From NCBI RefSeq assembly GCF_964213995.1, contig NC_135816.1, positions 19,654,001 through 19,718,000 of the forward strand: DNA of 64,000 nucleotides, written 5' to 3'. Positions 38,058 to 50,600 of this stretch are shown one piece after another. The notes beneath the pieces are model-generated. The model had not been told where the DNA came from. It ran no database searches and saw only the letters and a program-made list of their open reading frames with translations. Within the stretch, counting starts at the first letter, position 1, and the number at the start of each line of letters is the position of its first letter. The stretch comes from Mustelus asterias (taxonomy: Eukaryota). A program made the position numbers and the translations under genes.

Positions 38058-38325
38058 GGTAGCACAGTGGTTAGCACTGCTGCTTCACAGCGCCAGGGAC
38101 CTGGGTTCGATTCCCAGCTTGGGTCACCGTCTGTGTGGAGTTTGCACACTCTCCCCGTGTCTGCGTGGGTTTCCTCCGGGTGCTCCGGTTTCCTCCCACA
38201 TTCTGAAAGACATGCTGGTTAGGTGCATTGACCGGAACAGGTGCCGGACTGTGGCGACTAGGGGAACTTCACAGTAGCTTCATTGCCGTGTGTAAGCCTT
38301 ACTTGTGACTAATAAATAAACTTTA
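38058..38325 (+). mobile_element. V-SINE, alternative tail
   Basis: Head and core plus the gactaataaataaacttt tail. Confidence 0.85.
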
Positions 38326-39769
38326 ACCCATCACCCCATGCTCATTGATCTGTAGTGGTTCCCATTCTCCCAGTATTTCAAACTAAAAATTCTCTCCTTG
38401 TCCAGGCCCTTACACCCCTTCCTATCTCTAATCATGCCAAACTCTACAACCCTTTGAGAACTAAGAATTCCGACAGCTCTCGTCTTTCGTGTTCCTTGAA
38501 ATCCCATAATTGTTGCAAGTCATTCCACCAGCCAGCTCGACTCTGAGCTCTGGAATTTCCTCACTAAACCTCTCCAGCCCCCTCTCTTAAGACACTACTT
38601 GAAATCAGCTGACTTGAATAAGTTTTTAGTCACCTCCCTCTTCTGCATCTAATGTCTTCTTTGGCTCGGCATCAATTTTTGATTAATTACACTTCTGTGA
38701 AGCACCGTAAAACATTTTTCTACATTAAAAGTGTTATACAAATGCATGTTTTTTATTGGGAGGTGGGGATTAAGAATGGATTCAGTGAGAGTATACAGTC
38801 AATGGTGAGAATGTACACTTTCAACTTTTCTGCAATGTTGTTGTTTATCTACTAGTTTGTCTTGCTTCTGGATTATTCTTCTTTCTTGTAAGAGATTGGC
38901 AATTTTTGCTTGAATAATATAATCTATCAGCGTGATCGTTTTCTACATATTGGAATGAGTTGAGGACTTCCATTGCAAAATAACTCACCCAAGGGGAACT
39001 GTGGCACATAGCCGACTAAGTTCATAATGTGGGCCTGTACATTTGTGTGTGAAATGATGGAATGTGTTGTGGGTGATGGAAGTAACAGCTTGCTGTCTCA
39101 GCCGCATTCAAGATTGAGAAACTACAGTATGGAAATTGTGAATCTTTGGAGTAGAAATACATTGTGATCCTACAATAACTATTGATTTTACAGTGCCCTT
39201 GACATAGTAAAGCATTACAAGTTGCTTCACAAGACGGTTATCAAAATAATTTGGCACAAAACCATATCAGGAGATTTTAGGGCAGTTGGCCAAAAGCTTG
39301 GTCAGAATGTTTTGAGGACTGTCTTCAAGGAGGGTAGAGAGGTGAAGAGTTGTAGGGAGAAAACTGCAGAGTTTAGGACTTGGGCAGCTAAAAGTATGAC
39401 CATCTATAGTGGTGCAATTAAAACTGGGATTGTGCAAGAGACCAGAATTGCAATAGTGCAGAAACAGTACCAATATTTTTGTGACATTATACTTATGATA
39501 TTCCCTAATCCCTTTCATTTCATCTGTGTGTTTTAAAACTCCTATGGACTTATAAACATCACTCCATGATGCAGGAGGAGTACCTCTCATCTCCAAATGA
39601 CAGTTCAGAGCAAACAAAAGGGGGGATTTTCAACATATCTTAATGTGAATCTAAATGTCTAGTGTTGGCAAGACCTTGGTTCTGGAATTGTCAGATGATT
39701 GTGATTTGAACGATGTGTAGCTACTGTTAATGTTTTTTTTCACTTTCTTCCCCCTCGCCCCTACCCCAG

Positions 39770-39902
39770 AGGAAATCAGAATGTCTCCTTGTCCCTTTCG
39801 TGGAATATTGTTCCAAATGCCGGAATCTTGTATCTAATACCTGCCTCTGGTCAGAAAGTAATACCATTACCTGAAAATTATGACAATTTGAGAAGTTGTT
39901 GA
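39770..39902 (+). CDS. SPCS3-like exon 5 (last)
   Basis: GNQNVSLSLSWNIVPNAGIL...PLPENYDNLRSC*. Total CDS 534 nt = 177 aa. AATAAA at 40020-40025. Confidence 0.95.
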
Positions 39903-40428
39903 TACAGAAGAGAAAGGGTTGGTTACAGGTCTGAACCATGCAATTATATATTTAGGATGCTACTTCCATTGCCGTGTCTAAACATTTTGTAATTTTATTA
40001 AACAATGCCCAATGTTTTTAATAAAAGACTGCTAAAGAAACTTCACCACCCCTTTTACTTATTAGATGGTTTCTAGTGTTGCTCCTCGAACTCGGGTCAA
40101 TTGATGCTATGGACAAAGACACTTGAACTCTCGAATTATTGTACAACAGATCTCTGTTATTGTACACTACCACAAAAGTCTCAAACTCTACAGCACAAAC
40201 TTTAGTACACAAGGTATCAAAACCTTGTTACACACAAAGTATTCATTATACACAAAAGTATGTAATCTCTGACCTACTTTGTTATACACACTATTCAAAA
40301 GCTTCACAAAAAATATCCAAACTTTGACTTCGATACTACCGTGGTGAGTTAATCAGACACCCTGCCGATGGGTTTTGTTCTGATATCTCCCAAGTTCCAG
40401 ACTCAGGGTCTTGTTGCAATGATTATTA

Positions 40429-40760
40429 GGGTGGCACAGTGGTTAGCACTGCTGCCTCACAGTGCCAGGGATCCAGGTTCAATTCCAGCCTCGGGTTACT
40501 GTCTGTGTGGAGTTTGCAGGTTCTCCCTGCGCCTGCCTGGGTTTCCTCCGGGTGCTCCGGTTTCCTCCCATAGTCCAAAGATGTGCAGGTTAGGTTGATT
40601 GATTGACTATGCTAAAGTTGCCCCTTAGTGTCAGGGAGATTAACAGGGTAACTACATAGGATTACAGGGATAGGGCCAGGGTGGAATTGTTGTCGGTGCA
40701 GGCTCAATGCGCTGAACGGCCTCCTTCTGCACTGTGGGGAGTCTATGATTCTAGGATTCT
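40429..40760 (+). mobile_element. HE1-like SINE
   Basis: Head, core and tail. Confidence 0.85.
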
Positions 40761-42445
40761 ATAGTTAGTCCTGCAGGTTGTCATTCCTGGTGTTTCTTTG
40801 TCTCTCCTTATACAGATATTGCTGGCACTAATCATGCTTCCAGTCATGTACTCGGAGGACAAGCACTAATCAATCACTGTCTTTTTGGTCAGAAATGCTC
40901 AGTTGTCTCTCAGGGGTCGTATTTCTTTCAGGAGCACAGCATAGGGGTCTATGTTCAATCACTGTCTGTTCAACGCATAGGAACAGCCACAATCTAATCA
41001 GATGTGGATCTGAAGTCACATGTAGGCCAGATTAGGGTTGCCTAAAGGACATTAGGGGAGGCGGTGGTATTGTCGCTGGACTAGTAATTCAGGGATCCAG
41101 GGTAATGTTCTGGGGACCAGGGTTCAAATCACACCATGGCAGTTGGTGAAATTTGAATTCAATAAAAATCCGGAATTACAACTCCAATGATGACCATGAA
41201 ACCATTGTCATAAAAACCTATCTAGTTCACTAATGTCCTTTAGGGAAGGAAGTCCTTACCTGGTCTCGCCTACATATGATGCCAAATCCGTAATAATGCT
41301 GGGCCAACCAATGATGCAACCTCCCATGAATAAGTTTTTAAAAAAAATCTCCTGTGCCTGTTCTTCACTTGCAGAACCCCCGCAACCTTGCTGCTCCCAC
41401 AGTCCTTAGCCTGATACAGAGTTAGCTCTTTTATCCATCGGACTTTGATGGTGTCTTCACTTTGTTGGTGTCTTTACGAATACCCAACAGGCTACAGTCC
41501 TCCCCTTTGATCCACTGAGCATTAGAAAATTGGATTATAACTATACCTGCCTCACCTGGGCAGGTATATCCAAGTCGTGTTGCAATCTACTGTCTAACAT
41601 TCGCTTTTTTTCCTTTACGAACAATTTTATCTCTAGCTTACTTTCCATATCTTTAATCCAACGCTTAAACATGATTATAAATTTGGTAAATCAGCATCAG
41701 AATCATTATAATGATTACGATAATGAGAGAGAATTCTTATCCAAGGGCGTCTCTGAACGTTTGTGCCCTACCAGTTTTTTTCATGGCCTCAATTTATTTC
41801 CTTTTGTACTTGACCCGCTTTAGAATGTTTACGTATATCTGATGGGCTTTAGTTAGTTTTTTTTTAACTCTTTGTAGGTTTTCTGGGACAATTATAATAT
41901 TGGTTTCATCCTTTCAAGGCATTTTCCTCGGTCTTGTGAGATTTCTTCAGTAACGTCTGTGGTGATCTCTTCCTATTTGTGTATGTCTACCAATTCAATC
42001 TCACCGATCCTGGCCGGAAGTTTGGATTTTAGGCAAAGGGTGGTAATATCAATAGGGTCTCCTACACTTGCCCAATCCCTCTACGAAATCAGAGCCCCCT
42101 TGCATCTTGTTCCGCCTCTGTTTCCAGACCTTAATGCAATTCCTATTCCAACACAATATTTATTATTTTCTTTCAGAAATCAAACCTCCCCTATGATTGT
42201 AGTCTTTAACATGTTTTGTTTGTTCATTTAATCCCTTTGTTACTGCTATCATTGTAAATCTAAATTCCCAATAATCGTAGCTCAAACATATTGAGTACTA
42301 TTAGCATACACATGCTATGTTCCTTTAAGGCTCAATTAACTCACGTTGGTAAATAATAACTCGAGTGATTTTAGACCAGTTTAACAAATTGTAGAGGAAA
42401 CTCTCCCATTATCTTGTCATTCTTGACCATTCTTTCCTTAAAGTT

Positions 42446-42720
42446 GGTGGCACAGTGGTTAGCACTTCTGCCTCTCAGCGCCAGGGATCCGGGTTCGATT
42501 CCTGGCTTGGGTCACTGTCTGTGTGCAGTTTGCACGTTCTCCCCGTGTCTGCATAGGTTTCCTCCGGGTGCTCCGGTTTCCTCCCACAGTCTGAAAGACA
42601 TGTTGGTTAGGTGCATTGACCCAAACAGGCGCCAGAGTGTGGCGACTAGGGGAATTTCACAGTAACTTCGTTGCAGCGTTAATGTAAGCCTTACTTGTGA
42701 CTAATAAATAAACTTTAACT
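42446..42720 (+). mobile_element. V-SINE, alternative tail
   Basis: Head and core plus the aataaataaacttt tail. Confidence 0.85.
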
Positions 42721-42896
42721 TTAATTCATGAATAGTGTGATCTACACAAATTCTGTATTTTATTCTCATGTGGTTTTGACTTCCATTCCATAACCCCAAA
42801 TAACTGCTAATAATGGAAAAGTCCTATCATCTGTTGCAACTTCATTGACACTCCCCATCATCTAGATTACCTCACTCATGAACACATAACAATAAA

Positions 42897-43850
42897 ATGT
42901 CATTACATTTGAAAACTTTTGTTCTGTTTTCCCCAAGTGACAGAGATTTTATTGTTTTCTGTTTAATTCATTACACATCTAATTTACCGATCGAGAAACT
43001 GAAAGTTACATCAAGACCAAATTAACTAATTTGGCTCCAAGCCAAACGTATCTTTCGTATTTTACACATAACATAATAAAAGCCCTTCGCCTTTTACAGA
43101 AATAATTAATTCCAATTCTATTAGCATTTTAGTACATTAAATTAAAGCAACAGACTTTACATGTTCACATTTGCATTTATTCCATATAGGTAACATAAAA
43201 AAATAAATATGAGGTAAAAATTATCCCAAATTTGAAATAGTGATATCATTAATTGAGAATGTGTAATTTATCTCTCCAACAACAAAAAAGGTTTCTTTTC
43301 TTGAAACCTAAGAGCCCATACTGACGATCTTTCCATTACCCATTATTTGTCAAAGATCAAAATTATTTATGCCCTTAAACTTTAGGTAACTTCCCCTTTT
43401 ATGAGTTGCACTCAATTTATTCAATCAATTAAACATCAGGAGCAATTATATCAATTATATCCAAGTATGGTAGTTTTAAAAGTCATATTATTAGAAACAG
43501 TAGTCCTACAAGTGGTATGGAAGTTAAGTATAGCTAATCACAAACATGCTAACTCAAAAGGTAACAGATAAGTCTGAATAGGTTGACAGGCAAAGCCTTT
43601 ATGTCCCAATTATCATTATATTGTAATAAACAGTCTTGAAGCTGTTAGGCTTGCTGTTTGTCTGTGATTCATGATCCACTTTTAAAATACGAAAGATACA
43701 TTTGGCTTGGAGCCAAATTAGTTAATTTGGTCTTGATGTAACTTTCAGTTTCTCGATCGGTAAATTAGATGTGTAACGGATTAAACAGAAAACAATAAAA
43801 TCTCTGTCACTTGGGGAAAACAGAACAAAAGTTTTCAAATGTAATGACAT
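42897..43850. repeat. 168-bp inverted repeat pair with a 618-bp spacer
   Basis: 42897-43064 is the reverse complement of 43683-43850 with about 3 mismatches. Confidence 0.9.
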
Positions 43851-45331
43851 CATCACTGCCCCTTAAAAAAGCCAAGGAATTAAAAAGCACATGGTCTCCT
43901 GAAACAAAGAACACTTTCAAATTCCAAGCTTTAGATCCCCTTTTTTTTCCAAATTTGTATTCAGAGCACCAAGCTCAAACTGATTATTTCCAAATCTCAA
44001 TTTATACACTTTGATTTTTTTAAATTTTCCATTTACTCTGAGATTTAAGTTAAAATTAAATTCCACAATGTTGATCATTACTCTAATACATATATTTGTT
44101 TATACAATATGTAATTTTTTTGAGCAATGATTGTGACCAGTAACAATGCCCAAGATTCAGGGATTTCAAATGTTTACCTTGTTTCAGATTAGACTTTTAG
44201 TTCAGCTCGCAACTCCCATTTGATTTTAAAACATTAAATTAAAGCAACAGACTTTACATGTTCACATATGCATTTACAACACAGCAAAGAAAAATCCACA
44301 CACATTAAACACACTCATTTCTCATGGAAGCTTTCCAACACATCATCTCCACAGCATTTAACTTTGCTTTCATTGAATCTTAACAATTTAGAACTGAAAT
44401 GAAAATAGAATATTCAATCAACAAAAACAAAGAAAATAAATTCAGACATTAGTCGTCTTTCTTCAAAAATTATAATTAAAATTAAGAGAAAGATAAATTC
44501 TAATGAAATTATAAACAACATTGTGAGCTTAACAATCAATCTTTAATTGTTACAGTTGCCTTGGGCTATGGGCATGGGTGCGAGTGAGGCTGACGGTTCC
44601 GCTGCATACTCGTCATGCTGGGAATTATCCCAGGGGTCATCCCTATCCTCATATCTCTGGGCCTCATCAACCATACCCCCTCAATCTATATTGATGTCTA
44701 ACAAACCCCTGTGAGTTGGCAGTGGAGACTTCGATTTGTCACTGTCTCCATCTATCCCTCGATCCTCAGAAGCGCACGTCATATCACGTTGAGCTGAGAG
44801 TTGCAACTTAAAATTGTCTTTTTCTGACATTTCGTGTGGTCAGCGATTTCTCTCCTGTATTTGATTTATGCAAAATCTTCACAGCAGCCTGTGAATCACT
44901 ACACTTCTGCTCTATCTCCACAACCCTCTGGTTAGCTGTGTTCCTTTCTCGCACAGCTTCCTATCTGCTTTCTCACACTGTCTGCAATTGACTCATATGT
45001 AACACTTGCATTTCATTTCTTTGTTCAGCCTCTAATGTTCTAACATGCCATGTACCAAATTTCTGTTTTGCAGCACTCAACTGCTGCTTCAGTTTACTGA
45101 TCTCTGTCTCCGTCTCTCTCACACCTTCGTACAACTGGCTGTTGCTGCGGCCTTACTTAACTTGGGAGGTGCGTGTCCCTTTGCCCCTCCGAGCTTCTTC
45201 CTAATGCTGCTGATCAAGTCGACCCCAACCCTCAAAATCTTATCAGCATATTATACCCATTTTGGCCACTTGCCATTCAGATACACTCCGCCTTGTTCTT
45301 CACAAGCAATTTGCTATCTGCCATTAACCAA

Positions 45332-46608
45332 TGAGAGTTGCCCATGTCAATGTCTCTCCCTGTGGGTTTGAGAGCTTCCCATGTCAATGTCTCTCTCTGT
45401 CTGGTTGTGAGGGTTTCCCATGTCAATGTCTCTCTCTCTGTGGGTGTGCGAGTTGCCCATGTCAATGTCTCACTCTCTGTGGGTGTGGGAGTGCCCATGC
45501 CAATGCCTCTCTCTGTCTGGGTGTGAGGGTTGCCCATGTCAATGTCGCTCTCTCTGTGGCTGAGAGAGTTGCCCATATCAATGTCTTTCTCTGTGGGTCT
45601 GAGAGTTTCCCATGTCAGTGTCTCTCTCTGTCTAGGTGTGAGAGTTGCCCATGTCATAGTCTCTCATTGGGTGTGAGAGTATCCCATATCAATGTCTCTC
45701 TGTGGATGTGAGAGTTGCATATGTTAATGTCTCCCTCTCTGGGTGTGAGAGTTTCCCATGTCAATGTCTCCCTCTCTGGGTGTGAGTTTCCCATGTCAAT
45801 ATCTCTGGGTGTGAGAGTTTCCCATGTCAATGTCTCCCTCTCTGGGTGTGAGTTTCCCATGTCAATGATTCTCTCTGTGTGAGAGTTGCCCATGTCAATG
45901 TCTCTCTCTCTCTCTGGGTGTGAGAGTTTCCCATGTCAATGTCTCTCTGTCTGGGTGTGAGGGGTGCCCATGTCAATGTCTCTGGGTGTGAGAGTTTCCC
46001 ATGTCAATGTCTCTGGGTGTGAGAGTTGCCCATGTCAATGTCTCTCTGTCTGGGTGTGAGGGGTGCCCATGTCAATGTCTCTGGGTGAGAGTTTCCCATG
46101 TCAATGCCTCTCTCTCTGGGTGTGTGTTTTTCCCATGTCAATGCCTCTCCCTGGGTGTGAGTGTTTCCCATGTCAATGTCTCTCTCTCTGGGTGTGAGTG
46201 TTTCCCATGTCAATGCCTCTCTCTGGGTGTGAGTGTTTCCCATGTCAATGCCTCTCTCTGGGTGTGAGTGTTTCCCATGTTGATGTCTCTTTCTGGATGC
46301 GAGAGTTGCCCATGTCAATGTCTCTCTCTTTGTGATTGTGAGACTTGCCCATGTCTCCTTCCCTCTGTCTCTTGCGTGTGCACTCTCTCCTTTCCTGCCC
46401 TATGAACGGTATGCTTTTTCTGTATAGCACGCAAGAAACAATACTTTTCACTGAATAATAAATCAAATCAAACGAGAGTTGTCCGTGTTAATGTCTCTCT
46501 CTGTGGGTGTGAGTTGTCCGCGTCAATGTCTCTCTCTCTCTGGGTGTGAGTTGTCCGCGTCAATGTCTCTCTGTGGGTGTGAGTTGTCCGTGTCAATGTC
46601 TCTCTGTT
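45332..46608. repeat. Minisatellite, unit about 30-38 bp (tctctctgggtgtgagagtt(g/t)cccatgtcaatg)
   Basis: About 30 or more directly visible tandem units, interrupted by a Rex1 tail at about 46377-46471. Confidence 0.95.
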
Positions 46609-46609
46609 T

Positions 46610-47050
46610 CCTGCACGAAGATGGCGCTCTCAGGGATGATTTGAATTGCCCAGTGCGCATGCGTTGGAAGCCTGACATCGCTGCTGTCGTCATGCCGCGC
46701 TTCCACGTGCCTAATAGGGCGGCTCTGATTGGCTGAGCGCCACTCGGGGTGTATTGACGACGTGATCGGATTGGCGAAATCCAGCGTAGCAACGGCGCCA
46801 TTTTGTTCGCGGAGCCGAAAGCTGCGGAACTGGAAAATTTAAAAATCGCCGACAGCCCCTCCAGGGTAAGAGTGAAAATATCCCAGCGGTGAGTGACGCG
46901 GGCTCCTGGCGGTGCTGGCCCCGGGCTTTGGTGCGCGGCGCGCGATGGCCGGCTCGGGAGGTATTGCGGGATCCCCCTCCCCCTCCCCGCAGTGTGGGCA
47001 GCGCTGGCGGAGACACAGGACAATAAGGCTGCAGCTCATTGGCCGCTAGC
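46610..47050 (+). promoter_or_regulatory. HMGXB3 CpG-island promoter and non-coding exon 1
   Basis: NRF1-like TGCGCATGCG (about 46654), two ATTGG boxes, and YY1 motifs in both orientations (AAGATGGCG at 46618, CGCCATTTT at 46796). Donors GTAAGA at 46866 and GTGAGT at 46889. Confidence 0.75.
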
Positions 47051-47274
47051 CTCTGTGTGTGAGTGAGCAGCAGAGAAACTCAGGAGGGGGACAAGGGGGA
47101 GAGAGCCTGGAGGAGGGGGATGTAACAGCAGGAAGGATAGGTGGAGGAAAGGCGAAAGAAGGAGGGGATGTAAAGGATGAGAGCAAAGAGGGTCAAAGTG
47201 GGGAAAGGAGGAGAAGGTGAGAGGGGAAAATGAGAGGCGAGGAGGAGTTGACGACGGGGCGAGAGAGTCTCCTT

Positions 47275-47575
47275 AAAGTTTATTTATTAGCGACACAAAC
47301 AGGCTTACATTAACACCGAAATGAAGTTACTGTGAAAATCCCCTGGTTGCCACACTCCGGCGCCTGTTCGGGTACACCTGAGGAAGAATTTAGCATGGCC
47401 AATGTACCTAACCAGCACGTCTTTCGGACTGTGGGAGGAAACCGGAGCACCCGGAGGAAGTCCACGCAGACATGGGGAGAACATGCAGACTCTGCACAGA
47501 CAGTGACCCAAGACGGGAATCGAACTCAGGTCCCTGGCGCTGTGAGGCAGCAGTGTTAACCACTGTGCCACCGTG
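47275..47575 (-). mobile_element. V-SINE, alternative tail
   Basis: SINE on the minus strand. Confidence 0.85.
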
Positions 47576-47699
47576 CTGCTCCTCTGAGGCGACAGGGAGA
47601 AGGAGTCTCCTCGGAGGCAACTATCAGCAAGTTCAAAATGGATGATGTATCTCTGCTTCCTTCCAAAATCCACCATCATCATGAATACCAATCTTCAGC

Positions 47700-50600
47700 C
47701 ACTTTGAGTCATTCCACGGCAAGGGAATAGGCCCTGACAACATCATGGCTACAGGAGCAAATACTTCAGAACTAATGGCGCCGCTAGCCAAGCTGTTGCA
47801 GTGCATCTAATTGATCATATGGAAAATTGACCTGGTATAGCCTGTCTTCAAAAAGCAGGATAAATCCTGTCCACCCAGTAACCACTGTAGGTTTACTCAA
47901 TCATCAAAAAAATGGTGTTTGCACCAGTGCTATCAAGTGGCAGTTGTTCAGTCATAATTTGCTCCCCAGTTCTCAGGCTGGGTTCCACCATGGCCACCCT
48001 GCTCCTGACCTCATTGTGGCCTTGATCTAAACACGGACAGGAGTGCAGAATTCCATAGTGAGAGATGAAAGTGACTTCCCTTGAAATCAAAGCATTTGAT
48101 TGATTGATTACTTCAGAAATGCTGGCAAAATTGTATTCAGTTGGAATCAAGGGGAATACGCTCCCAGTTGGCGTTATATTGAGCAGTTATTATCAAGGCC
48201 AGTCATCTCAGGTTCAGGACATCACTGCAAGATTTCCTCAGAATAATCCTAAATCCAACCATCTTCAGTGGCTTCATCAATGACCATCCCTCTGTCATAA
48301 GATCAGAAGTGGGAATGTTCACTGATGATTACACAATGTTGAGCACTGTTTGCGATTGCACAGAAACTGAAGCAGTTTACCTTGCGTAACAGCAAGACTT
48401 GGACAGCATTCAGGCCTGGGTTAATTAATGACAAAAAAACATTCATGGCATGCCAGTCTCCAGGAAAAAGGATAATCCCAACTATCTCTCCATAGAAACC
48501 CTACAGTGCAGAAGGAGGCCATTTGGCTCATCGAGTCTGCACCGACAAGAATCCCAACCCCTGGCCCTATCCCCACAACACATTTACCCCATTAATCCTT
48601 CTAACCTACACATCCCGGGACACTAAGGGGCAATTTAGCATAGCCAATTAACCTAACCCGCACATCTTTGGACTGTGGGAGGAAACCGGAGCACCCGGAG
48701 GAAGCCCACACAGACACGGGGAGAATGTGCAGACTCCACACAGACAGTGACCCAAGAACTTCTCCTTGAAGTTTAACAGCATCACCACTACTGCGTTCTC
48801 TGCATCAAAATTAGCATGATCAGAAACTGAACTGAACAGATCACACAAATAATATATACAAAAGCAAGTCGGAGCTTGGAGTATCTATGGCAAGTAACTC
48901 GCATCCTGACTCCTCAAAGTCTTATCATTATCTACAAGGTGCAATCAGGAGTATGATGGAACATTGTTGGTTTGGATGAGTGCAGTTGCAACACCATTCA
49001 AGAAACATGGGAAATGATAAACAGAATGTGACAGCAAAGGACAGAGAGCACAAATCTAAGAATAAAGCAACAGACAAGGTCAGGCATTACAAAAATAACG
49101 AAAGGACAAAATTAAAGGCCTCTCTAAATGCATGTGACAATTGAAACAAAGCAGCTGAACCGATCACGCAAATAGAAATAAATAAGTACAACCTGATAGC
49201 CATTATAGAGACGTGGCTGCATGTTGAAGTGTATGTGACATTTAAGAAGAACAGGAAGTTAGGAAAAGTTGGAAGAGTGCTCTGTTAATCATGGTGTTAG
49301 TGCATTAGAGATAGATGACATAAGTTCAGGAAACCAGAATGCAGAAGCAGTTTGGGTTGAGATGAGAAACAATAATCCATCATTTGTTGGAGTGCTGTAC
49401 AGGCTCCCTAATTGTAACCACAAGGTAGGACAGAGTATAAAGGAAAATATAATGGATGTTTGTCAGAAAAGTACAGCGATAATAATAGGGAATTTTAATC
49501 TACTAATAGAAAGGAAAAATCAGGTGAACGAAGGTAGCATACATGAGGTCATTTAATATTTCTTGGAACAGTACATTCTGGAGCCAACTGGAGAGCAGGC
49601 TATACTAGACCTCATAAGCTGCAATGGGATGGGTCTAATTAATAACCTTATATCAAGGTAACAGTGATCATAATATGTCTGAATTTTACATTCAGTTTAA
49701 GGGAGAGAAGAGTGGGTCCAAGACTAGTATTTTAAATTTAAATATGAGGAATTCTGAGGGTATGAAAGCAGGGCTAGCTAAAGTGAACTGACAAATTGGA
49801 TTACGGGATAGATTCATTGACATGTAGTGGCCGACATTTAAAGGGATATTTCAGAATACGAAAGAAACATTCCAAGGGAATATCCACCATCTATGGTTAA
49901 CTAAAAAAATTAATGACAGTATCAAAATTAAGGAAAAAGCATATAATTGCACAAAGATGGCTGGCAGGCCAGAAGATTAGACAGAATATTAGGAGCAATA
50001 AACAATGACAAAAAGGTTAATAGGGAAGAAATAAATTTGAAAAGTCTCCCAACAGGAGTTCTTAAAGTTCTTTCTTTTTTGTTTTGAATAATGAGAAGAG
50101 TAAAAATACAGCCTCCCATTTTTTTTCTATTCAGTATTAAATAATAACCTCTTCCTTTCTATGGAAGTATTTTGTTTGCTTTTGAGCCTCAAGCACATTG
50201 AAGCTCAGATCCTAATTGTTCAGCATCACATTTGTAATTTGCCATTTTAACTTAAACGTGTCCAAATTTGAAAAGCGCACCACTGCATCTGGAATACTGT
50301 GCAGTTTTGGTCTCCACAATTAAGAAATTATCTCCTTGCGGTGTACAAGGAAGGTTCATAAAATTGGTACTTGAGATGAAAGCGCTTTCTATGATGAGAG
50401 GTTGAGTAACTTGGACTTGTGTTTTCAGGAGTTCAGAAGAATGAGAGGACAAATCATCAAGCATACTAAATTCTGAAGGCTTGATAAGGCGAATGCTGAG
50501 AGGTTGTTTCCACTGGTCATAGAATCCCTACAATGCAGAAGGAGACCATTCATCCCATCGAGCCTGCACCGACAACAATCCTACCCAGTAACCCCACATA

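Larger units (their letters stand above)
41350..45324 (-). mobile_element. Decayed LTR retroelement: gag-like remnant, env-like C-terminus, polypurine tract (PPT) and start of the 3' LTR
   Basis: The minus strand has a coiled-coil gag-like remnant from the ATG at 45324 (...EIEQKCSDSQAAVKILH...DHTKCQ). It then shows env-like YCV / LCLKSKLPARIG / PWIRILSH plus a hydrophobic run at about 41560-42200, and the PPT aaaggggagga (41508-41498) followed by TGTAG. Confidence 0.55.

Noticed and set aside
29148-39902. Assigning the symbol SPCS3, or calling it a pseudogene
   Set aside because: It is too divergent and in the wrong synteny for confident orthology, yet the frame and splice sites are all intact.
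40077-40990. Independent solo LTR (tgt...aca)
   Set aside because: There is no matching TSD and no canonical poly(A) signal. It is kept only as a possible part of the neighbouring LTR element.
45332-46608. Regularly spaced repeats resembling a CRISPR array, with repetitive ORFs
   Set aside because: There are no unique spacers and no cas genes, and the context is eukaryotic. It is a minisatellite and the ORFs are by-products.
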